A stretch of DNA of 64,000 bases from Lingula anatina. Its lineage: Eukaryota; Animalia; Brachiopoda. The translations under genes were made by a program, and so were the position numbers. The notes beneath the pieces were generated by a model, which was not told the origin of the DNA, did no database searches, and saw only the letters and a program-made list of their open reading frames with translations. The stretch spans positions 3,038,001-3,102,000 of the forward strand of contig CM120646.1 of the NCBI GenBank assembly GCA_051362555.1, read 5' to 3'. Position 1 is the stretch's first letter. Each line of letters begins with the position of its first letter. Below, in pieces: positions 24,036-35,800 of this stretch.

Positions 24036-26754
24036 GAGAGAGGCGAACAGTGAAACGATTGGATGCGTGAACTCAAATACGTGTTGTATTTATTGGTGCG
24101 ACAACTCATAACAGATATTAAAAATGGCAAAAAAAAAAAAAAAAAAAAAAAGCAGAAAAAAGATAGATAATTCCCTCCTGTTTTATTCAGATCCATTACC
24201 GGCGATGAATCCATGTACACCTTCCCCAGGTAGACTGTGCCAATACAGCCACGCAGAAACCATTTGTTGACTTTGTTAAACATTCGAACTAAATCGATAC
24301 TAAACGTATCCTGAGACATTGTATTGCCTCAGTCGTTCATATTACCAGAAACAAAAGCATATCTAATGTCAGTGTGCCATTTGCGGAGATGCGTGCGCAT
24401 CCCCTCTCGCAGTTCCAGTGGAGACATTCCCCTTGGAGCCGTGTGAAATGACATTGGTCACTTTGTTGTCATCATTAGCACACATATGGGGTTAAGTGAA
24501 CTTTAGAGGCATCTTGGTGCATAATTCATGGCAGATCCAGGCTTACGTGGTTCTGGGGTGCAGAGGATCCTTTATTTTCTGCGTTACGCAAGGGACAGCG
24601 TTCTCTGTGTTCCACGACAGAAATAATATTATTACTCAGCCTGAAGATAAAACGTCTGATTTCTTCACCAAGGCAGTGAAACATCTCGGCACGTCAAAAA
24701 CACTTGTTGGAACATAGATGAGGTGAGAAAACTTACCATTAATGGTGATCTTTCTTTTTAATTATCATTTTCTTTTGTCGTGGCTCTTTCGTCTATTTAT
24801 TTTCTTTTGATTTCACTTTACCGTCTTTAACTTAAAAGGTAAATGACGCTGCACTCGGTTTCACTGACGAACATGTGTATTCAGCGGACAACTTGACGGG
24901 TGATTAAACCGAAGAAAATCTGTTAAGTGAAAGAAATATAACGGAACCCCACACATTAAATAATATTTGCAATCACTGGCCGGGGATGTCCATAACCCTG
25001 CCATGTTTATTGATGAAGCGGCGTTTTTGACTTAGTGATCGGCAAATTTGCCAGGTGGATGAGGCCATTGATTTATCTCGTGTAAACACAGCTTCTGTAA
25101 TTTTTCACTCGACGGGCTTTAAAGTCGCGCGTGTTTGGTAGTGAATAAGCTGGGCTTTAGCGTTCTAGTGGACGTCGGTCAGATATTGGCACGAGTTGTG
25201 TACGGCGTAAATCGATTGATCTATTTGATGCAGTCATGTGCGTGTCTGTGTGTATGCGTGTGGTTCTGTGTGTTAGTGTGCGTGCGGTTGTAGGGTTTCC
25301 TATTTTGCGTATTAACGTGGGTTCTGCGCATAGCGGGGTTGATTTTTCTGGTTTCGAAGTTGGTTAAGCATTATTTGTTTACATAATTTAAAATGCATTG
25401 AACAGTGCAGTGTTTGCAAAAAAGTGCGTGTGGGTGTGCGTGCGTGGTTTACAAGTTTATTTGCACGTGTAGATGTATTTATTAAATTGCTGTGTGTCAG
25501 TCATTTTTACTTGAAAAGAATGACTGGAACGGCCTTGTAAATTAGTATCTGAAACGACACTTGTATGCCAATTTTTTCATAGTAAGTTAATATGAGGTAG
25601 GCAGTGACTAAACATGGCATTTATTAATTTAATGTACTAGAGTGAGCTGTGGAGCTGCCCATGACTTAACCTGGAACTGGTATATTTATTGGTTTTTGAG
25701 ATAAAAAGACCCAATTTACAATAGCAGTTCAGACATTTCATACATTGTAAACGGCGTTATCTTTGCAAAACAATTCTTCGAAAGCAGTAATATTACAGCC
25801 TTCGCGGAAACTCTCCGTACGTGTATATTTGCAGTAATGGGATGCGCTTGGTTGCATGGCCTAATGGAGCTACGGCGCTACTTTCCGGTGTGATTTTCTA
25901 GCTATTTTAGAAAAGGATTTAAGAATAGAGCACCATCATTGAGATGGATCTCATACTGGCATAAGTGCATTATTGCATTATACGGTTGATTCGCTCGTTT
26001 TTACATGAAGTGTGTAGTTTATAACAAACTTCTTTTTTTGCTATGACACCACAGTGGGATACATTTTCACGAACTGACTCAGATTCTACAAAAATCTGAC
26101 GGTGTTTGTGCAGTTCTCTGTATCCCTAACGTACCCAATATGCTTTTATTAACCGGGTAGAGAGGAAGTGGCTTAACATGGCATATCGAACTTTAACAAT
26201 TTTCAATGAAACTTAAAACCATTTATTAATTCTGTATCAATTCGTTTTTACAGGTCTGAAAGGAAAATGTTAGTTTCATTAATGCTTTACACCCCCACTT
26301 AGGATAAAAAAATAGCATTGTCACACAGGTATATAGATGTCTATTTTCTTTTTGGAAAAGAATAGAAGTTACAGAAATCATCTTGAAAGAAAATCCGAAG
26401 GCTCTAGACCACGCCCGCCTAGACCACATTACGCGCTCGCCCTTTGCCTACAGTACATTGTAAAAAGTAAAAATAAATGGCAGAAGTAGTCTTGCGCTGT
26501 GATGCAAGCTGAAAGCTTTCGTGACAGATATATAATTCCATGGCGTGTTTTATACAAATTGCTACATAGAAACTATACAAAAAGCATACAGTATTCCCCA
26601 TAGGGCTGTGTATCGAATGGCTATAAATGTTTCATATCATGTCATTTACATAGCGATTTGCCGTCAAAGTGAGTAGAGATGGCTACCTAACTGCGCCTTA
26701 GGCTGCACTTACACTGTGTTAATCTTGGATGCAAATGTACTAATACTATTTTAA

Positions 26755-26904
26755 TACGATTAACTCTTTTTAAACATTCGGTTAAAACTAATTAAAATGT
26801 GCAAATTAAGTATTACGCCGTTGCAAATTAAGTATTACGATTAACTCTTTTTAAACATTCGGTTAAAACTAATTAAAATGTGCAAATTAAGTATTACGCC
26901 GTTG
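26755..26904. repeat. Exact 69-bp tandem duplication with a 12-bp templated junction insert
   Basis: 26755-26823 = 26836-26904. The junction (TG)CAAATTAAGTAT(TACG) is a copy of 26800-26817. Confidence 0.9.
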
Positions 26905-28617
26905 GTGTGGTCAAGTCCTCTGTCTAGCAGAGGCGCCACGGTTATGGTTACACTTTTGCTATTCCCTCTACACTTTTTATTTATTGTGTGTCAATAAAGA
27001 AAAACTATACCGGTAGAACCATGTGTATACTTAACTGAGCGTGTGAAAGTCGAATCTACCAGCACTTACAGTACAGTGGTAATGCTCACTGTTAGTAATA
27101 ATGCCTCCAGTAAAAATCGCGGTGTACAAATCTAGTTGTGTGTGTATATATGGCAGGTAGCTTAAAGGGAAGACCTATCTAGTGTGATATTACATACCTA
27201 AATGATCATGAACTGCTGTGAGCACACGGCTTCAAGGTGATACAAAAGTGTTTCTACCTAAAGCGGGTCAGGTTCTTTTATTTTCCTGTTTTTTCGTCAA
27301 ATGACAAGTACATGTATGTAGAAAAACGGAGTAGCGTGCCTTTGGTTCTTGTTGGACTGAGGACCAGGCTGTTCTCAAGTCTTGTGTAGAACTGGCTTGG
27401 TCTTGCCTTGAGACACTTCAATGAAACTTTGTAGAACTTAAGGCAAACTGCCACTGCTTGCTTTCAAACTTAAAAATTAAATTCGAGTGACGGAATCACA
27501 ATTAAGCAAGCACGAGTAGTTATTAGTTAACGTTGAGAAAAAGACCATGCGTTCAAGCCACAGATCGTCATATCAATCCTGGCCATCATTATTTATTGCC
27601 CGACGTCAACATTTTGTACAATTTCCCAGCAGATTAACTCATGTGATGGGAAACGTGATGGCTGCACCAGACAAATATTGAGCTGATTTGTAAGCAAATG
27701 TTAGGTTAGCGGTCATTGAAACAGTGCTGAATGGAAACCAATTGAGATTACGGGCGCGGGTCACTGTGTCAATTCAGTGATTTATTGGAAGAACCCTCCC
27801 ATCCCAAAATCTCTGCAATCTTCATGTCTGAACTCCAAGGATATTACTTCACGTCTCAATCGATTCTATTTGTATTTATGAACCTCATTTTAAATCATAT
27901 TTCGTATCAGTGATGTGCCGTCCGTATTTTGTTATAAATGCCAGAGCAGAACAAAAGACTCAACTTTGCCATTCCGAAAATAAGTCGCAGACATCCGGGT
28001 AATCTCTAGAGAGCGTAATGGGTTCCATTTCCCTTTCTTTCCATTTCTTTTGCCGCCGTATGAATGTGGGCATTGTCTAAAAGCTTGGGTGATTGCCTTT
28101 ATACTGGTATATGCTACCAATCGTTCGAACATTTAATTGAGCAGATACACGTGCATGTACAACTGAGCTGAGAAGCACTGCTCAGAACAATTTGGTTTCT
28201 GCGTGGACGTTCGGTACTGTTTTAGATGAGTGATGTATCTGATTCAACGTTATTGATCGGTATTATAATAAAGTGAATGCAATTGTTGCGGATTCGGTGA
28301 CTTACATATACATTCATCTTTAGCTATGAACACAATAATGAACACAATAAACAAACACTTAAAGCTGATATCTTTGGAATATTTCACCGATTACAATGCC
28401 ATATTGGATCAGTTGCGTAGACGACGTGTTAAGTATTTACTTCGATATTTCGATGGCAATGAATGCCTTACATGGGAACACAGTTAGTAGACACAAGCCC
28501 AGACATACCCGAGACGAGTCTTATGTGAACAGAGCTATACATATTAGCATGTAAATGGGAAGGAGGTCGCCTCTCAATGATGACGTATTATGTAGTCACA
28601 CATTATTAGGTCACTAA

Positions 28618-28874
28618 GGCTTCGTTCACATGCAATGTCTATTTTCTAATTTCTATTTTCTATTTGCGCTATCTTATGATCACGGTCTGTGCCCTGAATA
28701 TCCCGCCGCGTAATTACTGGCAGCGCGAGCCAGTTACTTATAGTAACTTATAGTAACTGGCTCGCGCTGCCAGTAATTACGCGGCGGGATATTCAGGGCA
28801 CAGACCGTGATCATAAGACATACCGCAAATAGAAAATAGAATTTAGAAAATAGACATTGCATGTGAACGAAGCC
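28618..28874. mobile_element. Near-perfect 257-bp palindromic MITE (PIF/Harbinger-type), TAA TSD
   Basis: TAA|GGCTTCGTTCACATGCAATGTCTATTTTCTAA...CCAGTTACT [TATAGTAACTTAT] AGTAACTGG...TTAGAAAATAGACATTGCATGTGAACGAAGCC|TAA; ~120-bp arms with only a few differences. Confidence 0.92.
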
Positions 28875-29039
28875 TAATACATGTAGGCAGCCTTTTGGGG
28901 GAAAGTGTGCAAAACCATGCAGGTTAAGCTGTAGCTGTCCAGGCGGTCCAGCGTTTTCCTAGAGCTGGCGGCAATGGAAGACATTCCAGGGGTAAGTTCA
29001 GTAGGTACAGGATATACAGGGTCATCATAGTGGTACTGT

Positions 29040-29064
29040 TGTGTGTGTGTGTGTGTATGTGTGT
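29040..29064. repeat. (TG)n microsatellite
   Basis: Direct reading. Confidence 0.85.
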
Positions 29065-30269
29065 ATTATCAATACCATTTAAAATGACTGTGTGGTGATT
29101 TGGAGATCGCCTGCACACGCCTGCACGGGCGTGCTCATGTGCGCACATGTACATGCATCCTTCGTCATACGATTTTGAACAAATGCCAATAGACGCGACA
29201 TATTGTGTCCATGTTCTCATGATTATGGCAATTAAGATAGGGATGCTGTGATCGTCTTGTGCATATACTGATTAAGCATCTATAAATTGGCAAGCAGTGT
29301 TGTGCCGGTACCAGTGGTTTAACGATGTCTGGAGTAGGTTTCTCCATGAAGGCAGTAACATTAATGCAGCGACAGTGAAGCAATATAACATTGGTTTGGA
29401 TTCTCCTCAATATACACCACATCCCACAATTAATTATCCCCCTGTGATACTAATGATGGTGAGTTACTGCGATGTGTTTTAAGATGTTCCTTAGTGGTTG
29501 GTCAGCGCACATGTAAACATATGGTTTTGTTTACATTTCTTGTACGCATGAGTTATGAAAACAATGGTTCACAATACTATCAGTATTTCTATACAATGAT
29601 GAAAAACATAAAACTCGAAGGAAAATAGGATCATTGTTTAGATGTCTAAGAAAGGGTCCGTTTGATTTCAGTCCGTCATCTTTGTACAAGATGAATAATG
29701 GGCAATGGGTACAGATATGTGTAGTCCACTGCTCTTTCTGAACAGATATGAAAATAATAACATTTGGAAACACGCTTTGTGCGTGATTTAGAACGTGGAT
29801 CCAAAGTATATGGCACTTATTTAAAAAAAAACAAGTTGGTTGCTCCGGTTGCCACTGCAATAATGGTTTTTTGTCGCTTCAATTGTTTTACCTAAAGGTC
29901 AACTGATATCCGAGGCAATGAGAAGGTTGATAAGTGATATAGGAAAAAAAGGGCTCCAATTTGTCCAAAATCCCCGATGACTCGGCTCTATTGGGAGACG
30001 CAATCCATCATACTTAAACAAATCTTGCATTAACTGGAATACTTTATTGTCTTTCTGGCCACCGCTTTGCCGACGTTTATTCTGAGTGGTAGATGGAATC
30101 GGGTAATATTCTTGGCGTTCAGAAAAATAAGGTTGTTCTTCTGGTCAGTTAAATCTCGGACGTTAATCAGCGGTCAGTAAAAACTGGTGAATTGCAGCGG
30201 TGGTTATAAAACTAAATGAAATTGAAGCTTATAAAAGGGAAGTACTCTGTTTAATATTAAAAACACATA

Positions 30270-30655
30270 GAACTTTTAACTCCTATCAGATCACTTCGAT
30301 CTAGTGGACAACTTCAACTTAAGCGAAAAGACACCAAAAAGACTCTTAAAACATATGGACACACAAGTTTCGAGATTTGTGCACCGATTTTATGGTCTAA
30401 TTTTATCACAAGATCTAATGTGTCTCTGGATGACTCATATTACTGTTTTAAGAAGAATTTAAAAACTTTTTTATTCAAAAGATACTTTAATTTATAGCAT
30501 CTTTTTAGTTTTTAAAATTTTTAAGTTTTCTGTTTTAGTCTATACTGGCTTTAATCTATCTGTGGAGTTTTTATTTTTTATGTAAACAGCGCTAAGACGC
30601 ATGTGTAGCGCGTTTTAAAGAAGTGTTTTATTATTATTATTTATTATTATTAATA
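30270..30655 (+). mobile_element. 5'-truncated L2/CR1-group LINE remnant (ORF2 C-terminus plus 3' tail)
   Basis: 30288-30497 translates without stops: RSLRSSGQLQLKRKDTKKTLKTYGHTSFEICAPILWSNF...FKKNLKTFLFKRYFNL*. This matches the known L2 ORF2 end pattern (RxLRS...YGxRxFxxxAPxLWN...FKxxLKTxLF). It is followed by a GCGCT...AGCGC stem and a (TAT)n tail at ~30630-30655. Confidence 0.8.
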
Positions 30656-31401
30656 TTTAGTGCGTTCGCTGTTTCATTCACCTGTTTTATTTCAGGAAAT
30701 ACAGTTTTATTTTGTACTGCTCCGTTTGTAGCTTTCTAACCCAATTTGCATTTACCTAAAGATATGCAAGGCTGACTTGGGTCTGGCTTTACTATCGTTG
30801 CAAAACGTTTTATAGCAATAAACTCTCTAAACCTCTCGAGATGGATAAAAAATGTCTCGAATAAAGATTGGAAACGAAATGAAATCGCATTATCTAGGTT
30901 TATTATGTCTTATGAGACGTCTTCGAAAAGGTGTCATGCTTTTATTTTCCATCAGACTTAGTCTAGTGAAGAACGAAGGCTATCCTCTGTTATTGACGAT
31001 TGTGGTTCATTTAGAAATTTAGTCTCATATTTTGTCTTGGGAATTATTGACTGCCTTGTGCTACCAAGACGCGAGCGTCACCGCATTCCAAATTGAGCCA
31101 TAATAAAAACCCAACTGCTCCGATTACGTACAATCTATAGAACAAAGTGGTGTGGCTGAAAATCCCAGAAAAAGTGTCAATTTAGATTGGAATAGTTCTT
31201 GGATTATTCTTCATTCCCTGTTCATCAATAATGGAGGCCAAGCGGAGTTGACAGGAAATTCGATCTAGTCGGGCGATATATCACTGGGGCTGCCACGACC
31301 AATATATGTACAAAATGCTGAGCACTCATACTAACGACTGACAGTATTAATCACAGTGGCTTTCTATGCAATGTCGTTAATTAAAGTTCTCAGCTCTGAT
31401 T

Positions 31402-31508
31402 CCCAGCAAACAGAACGTTATTATAACGTTATCATAACGTTTCTGAATCCCCAGAGAACGCTACGGTAACGTTATGGTAACGTTATAAAACGTCATGTGT
31501 TTGCCGGG
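31402..31508. mobile_element. Mini non-autonomous DNA transposon with CCC termini and 11-bp subterminal repeats (EnSpm/CACTA-group-like)
   Basis: CCCAGCAAACA ... TGTTTGCCGGG inverted ends. Inside are 11-bp repeats (ATAACGTTATC / GTAACGTTATG) in both arms. No clear TSD; superfamily is inferred. Confidence 0.65.
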
Positions 31509-32837
31509 TGGTCAATGCTGTAAGTGTGATACATGATCACCAGTGACTACAACACGTACAACCTTCTGATTAGGATCAATTTAGACCTTCATTTGTCTAC
31601 TTAATTGCTGACCACGTAATCCACACTTCTGAATTTAGATATAAGGGCCGATTGAAATTTGACCTCGACGCATTTTTTTACCGAACATTGATGCATAGAA
31701 AATCTAAATTGTATAAGATGATACCATTTCCTTTGATTGCCTATGTACTTGAAGAAGTCATGTTCACACCACATCGTCTATATTAGTAAGTACATAAATT
31801 AAATTACATAATATATGTGTCTTTAACAGCGAGCCACACCGCTTTTTATGAGAGCTAAGCGCTCCAGATACCAATTTCGAATTGCGGTTTTTGTTTAAGG
31901 TTTATCCTGACAATACCTTGGTTTTTGACTACGTATGTATGCGGTTTTCACCAGGTTTTAATCGGGTTTCTTATCGGTTTATTGCTCTAAAACTGCACTA
32001 ACTTAAATAGCATTTGGTGAACGAAAGTCCCTGTTGTCTAACCAGTGCTAGGACGCATGCGCAACCATCCAATTTTTTCATTGTGATGAAAACAAGTGGA
32101 TATCCATTGACATTTCGATGCGAATTATTAAAAAAAATTCTTCACAAATTGTGAAGCCACGCTTTTTATCTGAAATGCATACATCAAAGGGTACCGTCAT
32201 ATAGTGATAAAAGCACTGAACTACTTCTACATTAGCCGTTTCTTTATTCGATAAACCATTCGGACCTGTTACGTCGATGATGCGATGGCACTGTTTAGTA
32301 ATCGAATGGAGAGTGCAGTTAGGAAATTAAATATAAAAGTCTGATGAGGTTTTGGGAGTCAGCGGTAATGATCGGCGTTGGCAATAAGTCAGATATGAGT
32401 GCATTGGCTATATATTGGTATCCGCCAACTCGTTATATTCTCATTAGCCCAGCGAATAAGGGATTTTTGGGAGAGAGGTGGGGATAGATACATGTATGTG
32501 CATTTAGATAACCACATGTAAGGTGTTAAAATCGTTCTGCAGGGGATGCTTAGTAAAGCGCACTGCAAAAATCGAATGACTGAAAAAATACTCGACCATT
32601 TTTCTATTACGTATATGTAATCATACGGGAATAAACTCCTTTTTGTCATTTGATAATTTTATTTGATGAAATAGGAAAATGGCAAATAATTGATTACCAA
32701 CTATATGAAAATGAAAGGGGATCTCTCTAAACAATGGTTACTATTGCAGTGAAACATATAAAAGCATATTCCTTAAGTGGCTCTATGTAAAATACGTGCA
32801 CTCTTCAACTTCTTTGTATTTTTTTCACATTCAGAAA

Positions 32838-35800
32838 ATGACAGATTCAAAACAAGGGCAGGATCAGGAAGAGGACAACGACCTCGACTTCGACACAGAA
32901 ATTCCCGCCTTACCCCCAGATGGAGGCTACGGCTGGGTCATACTGGTTGCGTCATTCTTTTGCAACGTCTTAGTAGACGGCGTGTGCTTTTCCTTTGGAA
33001 TATGGTACGTGGAGTTTCTGGCAGAGTATGGAGACAGCAAGAGTAAGACAGCCTGGGTGGGCTCGGTCCTCAACGGCATGTATCTTACCATGGGTGAGTA
33101 TAGACGTCGCCACCAATCTTTTCCTTTACGTCAGACGTCACTGGTGGCGGTGCCATTTTCAAACTTTTATTTTAGCGTTAAACATTATGATATTCATTAC
33201 AGTCATGCACCTACGCTCTGTAAAAATACGCACACACATATACACACAAACACAGGCACTTAATTTCAAACACATTTACACACTAAGACAAACGCCCTTG
33301 CACGCACACATTTCAACACGCGCACACGTGCACAGGAGCTTGAGCACTGGTTGACAATACATATGTCCAACATTTGTCAGAATTTAAATGCATTTTTCTG
33401 TTGTGTTTTCAAGGTCCGGTGGCCGGGGCACTATCAAACAGATATGGCTGCCGCAAGGTGACCATCGCCGGTAGCATCATCTGTGCTATAGCGTTCGCAC
33501 TCGCAATATTCTCACCCAGTGTCTCGGTTTTAATTATCGTCTACGGAGCACTAGGCGGTACGTCACACTAGTATATGCAGCAGCAATCATTGGCGTCGTT
33601 ATACCATTGAGCTCTTATTTGGGAGCACAATCTCCCGTGATTAACATAACACTTTGAGTTTTGTAATACATACGTTGTACTAATATCACTACTGTCAAGG
33701 AAACGGTTAAACAACAGCCTGTCAAAGTGAAGTTAAGCCATTTAATGTATGTAATTAACTACCCTGTTCATAATTACAGTATGGCTGTATCAGTTATGGT
33801 TTAAAGGAACGTTTCATTTTTTACCAAAATGTTGTTAAAATGTTGCATATTAGAGGGATTTTATCTTCAACAATTGCATGTTGTACATTGTAAATGACAC
33901 CTCATGTTGGTTACACTTTACCTTCGCGCTACTATGAGTTTTACTTTCTTTTGGGTAAATATATTGTTCACTGCCCTTTTTTCTTGATTTCCTGTATATA
34001 TTCAGCTGATACATATATTGTAACATCATTTTCTACAAAAACACACGTATTCTTTTCTGGGTTTTCAGGATTTGGGTTCGGTCTGATGTACCTACCGGCC
34101 ATTGTTATGGTAGGCTTCTACTTTGAAAAAAAGCGTGCGTTTGCCACAGGCATCGCCGTGTGTGGGAGCGGTGCAGGAGCGTTTGTGTTTGCCCCATTAT
34201 GCAAGGCACTTATAGACAACTTCGCGTGGCGAGGGGGCACCTTGATAGTTGCCGGGCTAGTCCTCAACGGCAGCGTCCTTGGCGCCCTCTTCCGGCCACT
34301 TGGGACCGAACCACGTAAAAAAGTCCTAGACGTCGAAATGGAGGACTTTTCCGAGAAAGAAACCACAAAAATTAAGAAGCCGGACAATGCTTTACAAATA
34401 GTGGAGAAAAACGGGCGTGATTTGGACATTAAAGACATAAGCTCGGCACCTGTGATAAATATGGACAATGGAAGTCAGAACTTACGGCGGCCAAGGGGTG
34501 TCTCTTTTGACGAACCAACGCGCCCAGCGACAAAGTCTCGTGCTGGCCCAGGCGGCAAACCTATCCCAAAAATATTAGTTCAGGAGTACGCTGACAAAGA
34601 ACATGCAAATGGTGACAGTAGCCCAACCGGAAGACCGCATCACGTGGTCACAACCGTGGAAGAGATCAACGCATCGCCCGTAGGGAGTCAGACATGGCGA
34701 ATCAGCCAAAGCTCCACCTCTATCCGCAGTCATTTACAGCGTCCCATGTACCGCAAAGACATCTTCTACAGCGGAAGTATCTTGCATCTCCCGGAGTACC
34801 AGCAGAGCACGTCAGTGGAGGACTATATTAAAAGTACGACGTCACTTCCGCCGGCAGTCCCACGGGTGGAACCTTACCTATGCAGATTTATCCCCGAATC
34901 CATGCGCGATATTCTGATGGAGATGATGGATGTTTCTCTACTTAAATTGCCCCCTTTTACATTGTACGGCATATGTTGCTTCTTTTCAATGGTCGGTAAG
35001 TTATGCTGGCATATATCAGAATGATATCTTTTTGTTATATTTTAAGGGGATTTAGCCCCGGGGTATTTTAATTAAAGTATCAGACACATAAGACTTTAAC
35101 ATTTCGTGATTTAATCTTAGCAATTGAATGCTGAGGGTGATTCTTATAATATAAAGACATTCGTCATTGGATACGTTAATACCAACGTATAATAAGATGG
35201 AGTCTTATCATCTATAAATGGCAAGTTTGCTAAGCGTGATCAATAGAATTTTCTAGTATCATTTAGGGCCATTAATTCGCTATCTTTGCAGAGAAAATTG
35301 CAATAAATCCATCACGCAAGGTAGTTGTCAACTATGGAAACGGAATTCTGATTCAACGCATTTTACCTCAGCAAGAAGTGACGATTATTTGAATATTTAG
35401 GGTACTTGCTTATTCTAGAATATGCTCTTTTATATGTTTTGAATAAAATTTTAGGTTTCTTCATTCCGTTCACATACCTTCCCGACTATGCGCAATCAGT
35501 TGGGGTTCCAGGAGGGGACGCCGTGTTCCTACTATCCATTATAGGAATATCAAATACTGTAGGCCGTATAGCCTCTGGTATGTATAATTTTTGCTTGTAC
35601 GCATTTCTTGATTATAGTATGTAGCATCACAGGGGGAAATAAACTTGATAACTTTCATATGTCATCAGTTTTTTATATATAAGATCACTATATCCTGGGT
35701 AACTTCATTCATTTATTTTGCTGCCATACCAGCATGTCAACTCACTTCCTAAGGCCTGCTCTAAGCCCAGTGATAATAAGGAGTTTAATTTCCCCATCAA

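Noticed and set aside
23858-24319. 153-aa ORF with LSVC repeats; similar His/Thr- or Cys/Val-rich ORFs at 10611, 16313 and 62883-63365
   Set aside because: Translations of (GACA)n and (CA/TG)n microsatellites.
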